Shown here: piece by piece, positions 38,619-46,827 of the stretch
How positions within the stretch are numbered: position 1 is the first letter of the stretch
How the letters are laid out: each line of letters starts with the position of its first letter
Assembly (NCBI GenBank): GCA_965243025.1
Contig: CBDETY010000003.1
Location: 6,688,001 to 6,752,000 of the forward strand
DNA: 64,000 bases
DNA from: Candidatus Latescibacterota bacterium
GTDB taxonomy: Bacteria; Latescibacterota; UBA2968; UBA8231
Direction of reading: 5' to 3'
The notes under the pieces: model-generated
What the model was told of the DNA's origin: nothing
Databases searched by the model: none
What the model saw: only the letters and a program-made list of their open reading frames with translations
Translations under genes and position numbers: made by a program

Positions 38619-41600
38619 GTGATCTCCTCGATCTGGATTTCGCTGTGTGCGGTCGTCCTGTGGATCGTACCGGGATGCCAAGTCTCCGAGAAAAGTGCTC
38701 CCGACGGTCAGGTTAGGTCACAACCCCTCGTCGATCGCAGCGGCTCCCACCCGACCCTCTTTCGCAGACTCTCGCCTGAAGAGAGCGGCGTCGAGTTCAC
38801 GAACGTTCTCGAGGCCGAAAACATGAGGAAATATCTGTACAACGGCGCCGGCGTCGCCATTGGCGACTACAACCGCGACGGCAGGCCCGACCTCTACCTG
38901 GTGAGCCTCGACGGTCCCAACCGCCTTTTCGAACAGCGTGGGGACATGCAGTTCGAAGACGTCACCGCCAGGGCGGGGGTCGACGGCGGGGATGCCTGGG
39001 GGACCGGGGCCACCTTCACCGACGCCGACAACGACGGGAACCTCGATCTCTTCGTGTGCAATCTGGCTTCCCCGAACCTTCTCTACATGAACCGGGGGGA
39101 CGGCACCTTCGCGGAGACAGCCGAATCGGCCGGTGTCGATTACAAGGGGGGCAGCACCATGGGGGCCTTCGCCGATTACGACCGCGACGGCGATCTGGAC
39201 CTGTACCTGCTGACCAACCGCGTCTTCTACATCGGGGCGGAGTTCCCCGAGGTCGAGCTGCGCCGGATCAACGGACAGCTGGCGGTACACCCCGATTACA
39301 GGAATCAATACATCGTTCTCCAGGGAAGGTATCTCGCCGAGGCGGGGGAGAGCGACATCCTGTACCGCAACAACGGCGACGGCACCTTTTCGGACGTGAG
39401 CGAACAGGCGGGAATCGAGGAGAACGGGATGGGGCTTTCCGCCACCTGGTGGGACTACAACGGCGACGGCTGGCTGGACGTCTACGTCGGCAACGACAAG
39501 AAGACCCCCGACTATCTCTTCCGCAACAATGGCGACGGCAGTTTCACTGACGTAATCGAGGCGGTCGTACCCCATACGCCCTGGTTCTCCATGGGGGCGG
39601 ATTTCGCCGACATCAACAACGACGGCCTGTTCGACTTTCTCGTCGGCGACATGTCGAGCACCACGCACTTCAAACAGAAGACGACGATGGGGGCGATGAG
39701 CAAGTCGGCCTGGTTCCTCGACAGCGCCGTGCCCAGGCAGTACATGCGCAACGCCCTCTACCTCAACACCGGCACCAACCGTTTCATGGAGGTGGCCTAC
39801 CTCACCGGGCTGGCGAGCACCGACTGGACCTGGGCCGTCAGGTTCGCCGACCTGAACACCGACGGCCTCGCCGACGTTTTCATTACCAACGGAACGGCGA
39901 AGAACTCGAACAACTCAGACCTGCTGGAGGAGTGGGAGGTCCTGTTCAGCTCGGGGCGCCTCGAGGAGGCCGAGGAGCTGGCCCTCAACCTGCCTCCCCT
40001 GCTCGAGGAGAACCTCGCCTTCGAGAACCTGGGGGATCTGCGGTTCGAGAACACAAGCGCCGAGTGGGGGCTGAATCTTTACGGCGTCAGTCAGGGAGCC
40101 GCCTTCGCCGATTTCGATCGCGACGGCGACCTCGACCTGGTCGTCAACAACCTCAACAGTCCGGTCGCCGTCTACAGGAATGAGGGTACCCGGGGGCACC
40201 GCGTGCTGATCCGGCTCGAAGGAGCGCAGAGCAACCGCCTCGGGGTCGGAGCGAAGGCGACCCTCGAAACAGGCGCCGGCATCCAGGTGGGGCAACTCAG
40301 CCTGGCGCGCGGCTACATGTCGGCGGACGAGCCGCTGCTCCACTTCGGACTGGGGGAATGGCCGCGCATCGAGCGGCTGACCGTCGAGTGGCCGAGCGGC
40401 GCCGTGCAGAGGTTCGAGGATCTCGCTGCGGACCGGATGTACACCATCAGCGAACCGCAGGGGCCGGACAGGGAAAACCAGTCGCCGCCGACACTCGCCG
40501 AAGCCCCCTCCGTCCGGCGCCCGCAGTTCGAGGACTTCACCTACCCCGGCAGGTTGAATTTCGTGCATTCTGAACAGCCGTACGACGACTACGAACGCGA
40601 ACCGCTGCTGCCGTACAAGCTGTCCCAGCTGGGTCCCGGGCTGGCCTGGGGGGATGCCGACGGAGACGGCGACGACGATCTCTACGCCGGGGGGGCTGCC
40701 GGCCAGGCGGGGGGGCTGTTCCACAACGCCCGGGGCGAGTTCAGGAAGATGCGGAACGGCCCCTGGGACGAGGACAAGGCCTGCGAGGACATGGCGCCCC
40801 TGTGGTTCGACGCCGACGCCGACGGCGACCTGGACCTGTACGTCGTCAGCGGCGGCAACGAGGCCGCCCCCGGAGACGCGGTCTTCCAGGACCGGCTGTA
40901 CCTCAACAGCGACGGGTCCGGTTCGTTCCAGCGGGCTCCCCGCGGGGCGCTGCCGGTTCTGACCGAAAGCGGAAGCGCGGCCGCGGCGAGCGACTTCGAC
41001 CGGGACGGCGACCTGGACCTGTTCGTGGGCTCGCGCATGACTCCCGGGAAGTATCCGCTGACGCCGCGGAGCTTTCTGCTGCGGAACGAGGGGGGCCGGT
41101 TCCGCGACGCGACCGATTCGGCTGCCCCGGACCTGCGCCGCGTCGGCCTGGTTACCGGTGCGGTATGGTCGGACGCCACCGGAGACGGCTGGACCGATCT
41201 CCTGGTCACCCTGGCGTGGAGCCCCATCCGCGTTTTCGGGAACAGGGGCGGCGAGCTCGTCGACGCGACCGAAGCGAGCGGGCTCCTGCCCTACTCGGGC
41301 TGGTGGAACGGCATCGCCGCCGGCGACATCGACAGCGACGGCGACCTCGACTACGTGGCGACCAACGCCGGCCGCAACACCAAGTATCACCCCACCGCGG
41401 ATACCCCGGTTGCCATGTACGCCCGGGATTTCGACAACAGCGGAACCCTCGACCTCGTCGAGACGGAGTTCGAAGGGGAGACGGAGTTCCCCATCAGGGG
41501 GCTCAGCTGCAGTGCCGGCGCCATGCCCTTCGTCGGCGAGAAGTACCAGACCTACACGGACTTCGGAAAAGCCTCGATCGGCGAGATCTACACCGAGGAG

Positions 41601-42287
41601 GAACTGCAGAGGGCACGGCGCCTCGACCTCAACTTCCTGGACTCGGCGGCTCTGATAAATACCGGAGAGGGTGTCTTCGAAGTCCGTGCCCTCCCCAGGC
41701 TCGCCCAGGCATCGGCGGGCTTCGGGGTCGCCGTGACCGACCTCGACGCCGATGGCCACCTCGACGTGTACATGACCCAGAACTTCTTCAGCCCTCAGCG
41801 GGAAACCGGTCAATGGGACGGCGGACTGAGTCTGATGCTGCGGGGTGCGGGGGACGGCATGCTCACGCCGGCGTGGCCGACCGAGAGCGGTTTCGTGGTG
41901 CCCGGAGACGCCAAGGGAGGGGCGGTTGCGGATTTCGACGGCGACGGCTGGCCCGACGTCGCCGTGGCGATCAACGACGGCCAGCTCCGGATCTTCCGCA
42001 ACACCGGGGTGACCGGCAACAAGCCGCTGACCGTGAGATTGAAAGGGCCTTCCGGCAATCCGACGGCGGTGGGGGCGCTGGTTACGCTGACTACCCGGAG
42101 CGGACGGGTGCAGACCCAGGAAGTCCTTGCCGGGTCGGGCTACCTCTCGCAGTCGTCTTCGAGATTGTTCTTCGGTCTCGGAGAGAGCGATACTCCCGTC
42201 GAGATCCGGGTGCGCTGGTCCGACGGCAGCACCGCCCTCTACACCGAGAACCTCGACCGGCAGTCGATTCTTCTCGAATTCCTGTAA
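38619..42287 (+). CDS. FG-GAP/VCBS-repeat protein with two ASPIC/UnbV domains (CRTAC1-like), probable lipoprotein
   Basis: Many DxDxDGxxD(L) Ca-blade repeats. ASPIC motifs RGYMSADEPLLHFGLG..VEWPSG and GSGYLSQSS.RLFFGLG..VRWSDG. N-terminal ..IVPGC. Start is uncertain. Confidence 0.88.
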   Translation: MISSIWISLCAVVLWIVPGCQVSEKSAPDGQVRSQPLVDRSGSHPTLFRRLSPEESGVEFTNVLEAENMRKYLYNGAGVAIGDYNRDGRPDLYLVSLDGPNRLFEQRGDMQFEDVTARAGVDGGDAWGTGATFTDADNDGNLDLFVCNLASPNLLYMNRGDGTFAETAESAGVDYKGGSTMGAFADYDRDGDLDLYLLTNRVFYIGAEFPEVELRRINGQLAVHPDYRNQYIVLQGRYLAEAGESDILYRNNGDGTFSDVSEQAGIEENGMGLSATWWDYNGDGWLDVYVGNDKKTPDYLFRNNGDGSFTDVIEAVVPHTPWFSMGADFADINNDGLFDFLVGDMSSTTHFKQKTTMGAMSKSAWFLDSAVPRQYMRNALYLNTGTNRFMEVAYLTGLASTDWTWAVRFADLNTDGLADVFITNGTAKNSNNSDLLEEWEVLFSSGRLEEAEELALNLPPLLEENLAFENLGDLRFENTSAEWGLNLYGVSQGAAFADFDRDGDLDLVVNNLNSPVAVYRNEGTRGHRVLIRLEGAQSNRLGVGAKATLETGAGIQVGQLSLARGYMSADEPLLHFGLGEWPRIERLTVEWPSGAVQRFEDLAADRMYTISEPQGPDRENQSPPTLAEAPSVRRPQFEDFTYPGRLNFVHSEQPYDDYEREPLLPYKLSQLGPGLAWGDADGDGDDDLYAGGAAGQAGGLFHNARGEFRKMRNGPWDEDKACEDMAPLWFDADADGDLDLYVVSGGNEAAPGDAVFQDRLYLNSDGSGSFQRAPRGALPVLTESGSAAAASDFDRDGDLDLFVGSRMTPGKYPLTPRSFLLRNEGGRFRDATDSAAPDLRRVGLVTGAVWSDATGDGWTDLLVTLAWSPIRVFGNRGGELVDATEASGLLPYSGWWNGIAAGDIDSDGDLDYVATNAGRNTKYHPTADTPVAMYARDFDNSGTLDLVETEFEGETEFPIRGLSCSAGAMPFVGEKYQTYTDFGKASIGEIYTEEELQRARRLDLNFLDSAALINTGEGVFEVRALPRLAQASAGFGVAVTDLDADGHLDVYMTQNFFSPQRETGQWDGGLSLMLRGAGDGMLTPAWPTESGFVVPGDAKGGAVADFDGDGWPDVAVAINDGQLRIFRNTGVTGNKPLTVRLKGPSGNPTAVGALVTLTTRSGRVQTQEVLAGSGYLSQSSSRLFFGLGESDTPVEIRVRWSDGSTALYTENLDRQSILLEFL

Positions 42288-42382
42288 GGGCCCGGGGCAG
42301 GTTCCAGGCCCGGCGCGTTCCGTCATTCCGCTCGGCCGCCCCGGGGGCCGGGGGAGAGGAGGAGGTCTTGCGTCGGGCGGAT

Positions 42383-44713
42383 TCAGCGCAGGGTGTCTAC
42401 GGCTGCCGCTGCCAGCCGCAGGGGTTCCAGTTCCAACCGGGTCCAGCTTCCCTCCCCCTCGACGATGCGGATCGCCTGATCGGCGGGAACGTCGACAAAC
42501 GACTGCGTCCGGCCGCTGGCGGGCCAGAATATTTCGAGCCTTTCGATTTTCGTTGCGGCGCCCAGTCCGATGGTCTGTCGCAAGGGATTGCCCCCGAAGC
42601 TGCCGCCCGAGTTCACGTGCCGGTAGATCGACCGCTCCGCCCCTCCTTCGACGACCACGGCCCGGATCCTCGCCCCGATCGCCGCCCGGTTCGAGCGGGT
42701 GCCTGCGAGCTTCACCGCGATCCAGTGATTCCCGAAGCCGGGGTTCTCGTACAGGGCATCCCCGTACCTGTCCCCGGGAAAAGCTCCTCCCATCTGCTCG
42801 AAGACGTCCGAGTCGCCGTCGTTGTCCAGGTCGGCGAAGGCTATCGCGTGCCCCTTCTGCAGGTGGCCGAACCCGCCCGCCGTGGTCACGTCGAGGAAGC
42901 CGCGGCCCCTGTCGTTCAGGAACATCAGATTCGGCATGATGTTCCAGTAGTCCGGGTCGCCGGTGCCGAGGTAGAAATCGAGATACCCGTCGTTGTCGAG
43001 GTCTCCGAAGTTGGCCCCCATGGCCAGGATCGGCTGGGTGAGGTTGGATCGGGAGGCGACCTCCTGGAAGCCGCCCTCGCCATCCCCGCGGTACAGGCAG
43101 GAGTAGGCGACTCCTCCGGTCGGTTCGTCGAGGTAGTGGGCGGCCACGTGCGCGGACCGCCCGGTGTAGGTCGCCACGAAGATGTCGAGAGCTCCGTCGT
43201 TGTCGAAGTCCCAGAACCAGGCGGGCAAGCTCCAAATCGGCCAGGTCACGTCGAGCTCGGGCGCGACGTCGACGAAGGTCCCGTCCGCCCGGTTCCTGTA
43301 GAGCCGGTTGGTGCCCTTGAGATTTGAAACGTAGAGGTCGGAGAAGCCGTCGTCGTCGAAGTCCCCCCAGACGACCCCCTTGGAAAAGCCGTAGTTCTCG
43401 ACGCCCGCGCTCGCCGCCACGTCGGTGAAGGTTTCGTCCCCGTCGTTGCGGAAGAGCTGGCACGGGGCCCGCAGCGAATCGGTGTGCTCGTTCCCGATGT
43501 AGAGGTCGAGGTCGCCATCGTTGTCGTAGTCGGCCCAGGATCCCGTCTGCGTCGGGTAGTGCACCTCGCCGAGGCCGGCGGCGAAGGTCACGTCGGCGAA
43601 ATTCCCCCCGCCGTCGTTGCGCAGCAGGGAATTGGGATGGGCGCCGCGCGCGCGCCACCAGGCTCCACGCAGCACGAGGAGGTCGAGGTGGCCGTCGTTG
43701 TTGAAGTCGGTCTGGACGAGGTTCAGCCCCCCGAAGAGTCCGCGCAGCCCGGCCTCGTCGGTGCGGTCCCGGAAGGAGCCGTCCCGGTTGTTGCCGAAGA
43801 GGCGGAGCTGTCCCTTCGGGTCGTACGTCGACGCGGCGATGTCGAGGTATCCGTCCCCGTCGAAATCGTCGGCGACGGCGCCGCCGCAGAGGTTGAACGT
43901 GCTGAGCCCGAGGTTCGGGGCGATGTTCCAGAAACGGGGGAAATCGACGTCGGAGCCGAACGCCTCGGGTGGGATGAGGAAACGTTCGGGGACGCTGCCG
44001 GGATATTCGCCGAGGGTCATGTGGGCGACGTTCAGCAGCCACTGGGCGGATTTGTAGAGGTAGGCCCCCCCCGGGTCCTCCAGTACCGCAGTCAGCGGTT
44101 CCAGGGCTTTTCGCGAGCCCTCTTCGATCGCGTGCAGCCCCCCGCCGCGGATCGGCAGAATGCAGCTGTCGCGGTTGTTGCGAAGACAGCAGTTCTGGGT
44201 CTCGCCGAGACGCACGTAGGCGACGCCGAGATGGAAATTCGTAATACTGCCCCAGGGCGGCTCCGGATCGGCCGCCGCAAGCAGTCCGCGGGAAATCTCG
44301 AGCTGCTCGATGGCGGTGCGCTCGTTGCCGAGACGGAGCTCCGCCAGTCCGGAGCCGAGGTGAAGGCGCCAGCGTTCACGCGGACTGCTGCTGGAATCGA
44401 GTCCGGCGACCTCGCGTCGCAGTTCTTCGGCATCAGCCTTGCCGAGGTAGGGGTTGTCCCGGTCGGCGTTCCCGGCAATCTGGTCCAGCAGTTCCAGCAT
44501 CCTGCGGTGTCCGGCCTCGCGGTCCTGCCGGGCGGCCGAGGGAGCGTCGCGGCCGGTATTCGACTCGCCCGGAGAATCCGGGTCGCAAGCGAGGAGGAAA
44601 CAGCAGGCGAAGGCCGCTTGCCACGACGTCCGCGATCCGCCGGGACAGTCCCTCAGAACTGCGGCGAGGGAGGGCGGGGCGGCATTATCCGGTTTTGCAT
44701 TTTCCAGGTGCAT
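42383..44713 (-). CDS. CRTAC1-family FG-GAP repeat protein with ASPIC/UnbV domain and helical N-terminus
   Basis: RLGETQNC..SCILPI, repeated DxDNDGxxD, GHLQKGH and SNRAAIGARI...GGSFGGNPLRQTIGLG..WP. LLAC lipobox-like stretch. Confidence 0.88.
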   Translation of the reverse strand: MHLENAKPDNAAPPSLAAVLRDCPGGSRTSWQAAFACCFLLACDPDSPGESNTGRDAPSAARQDREAGHRRMLELLDQIAGNADRDNPYLGKADAEELRREVAGLDSSSSPRERWRLHLGSGLAELRLGNERTAIEQLEISRGLLAAADPEPPWGSITNFHLGVAYVRLGETQNCCLRNNRDSCILPIRGGGLHAIEEGSRKALEPLTAVLEDPGGAYLYKSAQWLLNVAHMTLGEYPGSVPERFLIPPEAFGSDVDFPRFWNIAPNLGLSTFNLCGGAVADDFDGDGYLDIAASTYDPKGQLRLFGNNRDGSFRDRTDEAGLRGLFGGLNLVQTDFNNDGHLDLLVLRGAWWRARGAHPNSLLRNDGGGNFADVTFAAGLGEVHYPTQTGSWADYDNDGDLDLYIGNEHTDSLRAPCQLFRNDGDETFTDVAASAGVENYGFSKGVVWGDFDDDGFSDLYVSNLKGTNRLYRNRADGTFVDVAPELDVTWPIWSLPAWFWDFDNDGALDIFVATYTGRSAHVAAHYLDEPTGGVAYSCLYRGDGEGGFQEVASRSNLTQPILAMGANFGDLDNDGYLDFYLGTGDPDYWNIMPNLMFLNDRGRGFLDVTTAGGFGHLQKGHAIAFADLDNDGDSDVFEQMGGAFPGDRYGDALYENPGFGNHWIAVKLAGTRSNRAAIGARIRAVVVEGGAERSIYRHVNSGGSFGGNPLRQTIGLGAATKIERLEIFWPASGRTQSFVDVPADQAIRIVEGEGSWTRLELEPLRLAAAAVDTLR

Positions 44714-44796
44714 TGAGCCCGAAAAAGCATTATTTATATAGGACTTTGCAACCCGGGCTGACGCCGGGTTGCTTTTGGCGACTCTTCATAACCTCC

Positions 44797-46788
44797 ATGC
44801 GGAACCTCACACTCCCTTCGCAATCCGGCCTGCGCTCCAGGCCGCAGCGACCGCGCCTCGCACAAATGGCAGCTCTTTTTTCCGTTGTCGTTGCGTTCGC
44901 CCTGCCTTCGTCGGGGGAGGTGCGGACCTGGGTAGTCGGCTCGGGAGGGGAGTCGTGGACGGCCAGGGAGATTCGCAGGGACTTCACGGCGATCGATTTC
45001 GGCACCGCAGATGTCATTCAACTCCAGGGTTTCAAGTCGACGGACAACATAATGCAGCAGATGAAGTGGGCGTCGACGCGGGCATTTCCACCGGACTGGG
45101 TAACGGAGCGCTCGGAAGGTTACATCTGGGACAACGTTCCACTCAAGAAAGACAACATAACGATGGTCGACGGCGATCCTTCCACCTCCACGGAAGACCG
45201 CTTCAAGAAATTCGGGGAGGACCAGTCCCTGCGCGTGTTCAATTTCGATCTGGGGGTACGCTTCCCCGCCAACAGGATTCTCTTCTATCCCCGGCAAACG
45301 GGAGCTGATGAGGAGGGCCGCCCCTTTTCCGACGACTTCATCCGCGCTTACGAGATTCTCAGCAACGACGGTATAACCTTCACTGCCGACGGCCGCCCCG
45401 ACTACAACTCGCTGCGCAAAGTGGAGTTTACCAGCGAAGGCATCGCCGAGATCGTCTTTCCGCTTCGGTTCCTGCGCTACCTCGAGCTTCACGTCGACGC
45501 TCCCAACCCGTTCGAGGTCGCCGAGTTCGAGCTCTACGGGACCGGGTTCGCCCCTAAGGGAGAGTACACTTCCCAGGTGGTCGACCTGGGAGAACCTGCG
45601 AATCTCAGTGAGCTCAGGTGGGACGTGGAGAAGCTCCGTCAGGAAGGAGACGAGCTTTCGGTCGAACCCGGGGCCGAGGCCAGCGTCACCGTTCAGATGC
45701 GGACCGGCAGCGACGACAACCCCCAGGTGTATTACGAGATCATCAACCAGTTCACCAGGGAGCGGCAGGAAGTAACCGAAAGCGACTGGAACAGCCTTGG
45801 CCCGGCGGAAAAAGGGCCCATCGAAGACGACCAGATAAACTGGAGCCGGTGGTCGGCTCCGTTCTCGGTTTTCGACGGGGAGCGGATCACCCTGCCCAGC
45901 CCGCGCCGGTATTTCCAGTTCGCGGTAACCATCGAAAGCCACTCCATTCTCGACGGAGCAAGGGTTACCTCGATGGGCGTGGACTTCGCGCTGCCGCCGC
46001 TGGCCCAGGAGATTCTCGCCGAGATCTCCCTGCTCGACGACCCGCGGCCTCCGGGCAACATTCCGCTCGTCCCGGCCGGGGCACCGACGACGTTCGCCTA
46101 CGACATCGCCGCGGACGTGGACTCCGCCGACGTCGGATTCGACGCCATCCGGATCTTCACCCCATCGACACCGGTCTTCAAGGAGCTGCTGGTCGGGGAG
46201 TCGTTGGCCCCGATAACACCGGAGGTAACCGCAGGACCGGAAGGTCTGACCCTGATCCTGCCGCCTGACAACCGCGTCGTTTCGAACGCAACCGGCGTAT
46301 TCCGGGTTGTTTTCGACGCCCAGGTGTTCCTGCAGGGCACCTTCTTCAACGCCGAAGCATTCGATTCGCAGAGCTCCGACCCGCCCCAACGGGTGTTGCC
46401 GGGAAACGCCAACCCCGCTGTCGGGACCAACCTTCTGAGGGTCAAGATCGCGTCCGAGTCCGCCCGCGATGTTCTGCCGCTCTTCAGTCTCACTCCCGAG
46501 GTGATTACCGCCAATCAGGACGGGCGCAACGACGAAACCAGCATCTCCTACACCCTGGTGCAGATCGTCAGACCGGTTCAGGTCGACGTGGAGGTGTTCG
46601 ACCTGTCGGGGCGCCGGATGGCAACCCCGTTTTCCGGCGAGAAGGGCCCGGGATCCCATGAAGTGGTCTGGGACGGGCGGGGCGACGACGGCAACATGCT
46701 TCCGATCGGCAACTACATCGTGAAAACATCGGTGCAGACCGGTCCGGGCACCTTTTTGCGAACCGGTGTCGTCGCCCTCGTGTACTGA
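44797..46788 (+). CDS. Secreted protein with C-terminal FlgD-Ig-like domain, divergent paralog 5
   Basis: Hydrophobic signal, then EVRTWVVGSGG. Shares DGD, FDLG..FYP, AEFELYGTGF..SQVVDLG, RTG.D, WS.WS and GFDAIRIFTP with paralogs 1-4. WDGRGDDG and terminal VALVY*. The start may be 44866. Confidence 0.82.
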   Translation: MRNLTLPSQSGLRSRPQRPRLAQMAALFSVVVAFALPSSGEVRTWVVGSGGESWTAREIRRDFTAIDFGTADVIQLQGFKSTDNIMQQMKWASTRAFPPDWVTERSEGYIWDNVPLKKDNITMVDGDPSTSTEDRFKKFGEDQSLRVFNFDLGVRFPANRILFYPRQTGADEEGRPFSDDFIRAYEILSNDGITFTADGRPDYNSLRKVEFTSEGIAEIVFPLRFLRYLELHVDAPNPFEVAEFELYGTGFAPKGEYTSQVVDLGEPANLSELRWDVEKLRQEGDELSVEPGAEASVTVQMRTGSDDNPQVYYEIINQFTRERQEVTESDWNSLGPAEKGPIEDDQINWSRWSAPFSVFDGERITLPSPRRYFQFAVTIESHSILDGARVTSMGVDFALPPLAQEILAEISLLDDPRPPGNIPLVPAGAPTTFAYDIAADVDSADVGFDAIRIFTPSTPVFKELLVGESLAPITPEVTAGPEGLTLILPPDNRVVSNATGVFRVVFDAQVFLQGTFFNAEAFDSQSSDPPQRVLPGNANPAVGTNLLRVKIASESARDVLPLFSLTPEVITANQDGRNDETSISYTLVQIVRPVQVDVEVFDLSGRRMATPFSGEKGPGSHEVVWDGRGDDGNMLPIGNYIVKTSVQTGPGTFLRTGVVALVY

Positions 46789-46827
46789 CCGGGACGGATG
46801 GTCCGAATTCGAGAAAGCAGGCACCCG

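Noticed and set aside
39915-44042. 1375 aa minus-strand ORF and other long alternative-frame ORFs (135..1880, 12280..14247, 17158..19086, 24475..26910, 31836..34340, 34117..36957, 58371..60932)
   Set aside because: These are Arg/Pro/Gly-rich or antisense shadows of well-supported genes, expected at this GC content. They have no recognisable motifs.
38619-44713. Enediyne biosynthetic cluster suggested by UnbV domains
   Set aside because: No PKS, thioesterase or other enediyne cassette genes are present, and ASPIC/UnbV proteins are widespread outside such clusters.
44713-44745. Sigma70 promoter in the AT-rich gap between the divergent CRTAC1-like and FlgD genes
   Set aside because: The gap is AT-rich and probably regulatory, but the -35/-10 matches are too weak to place.
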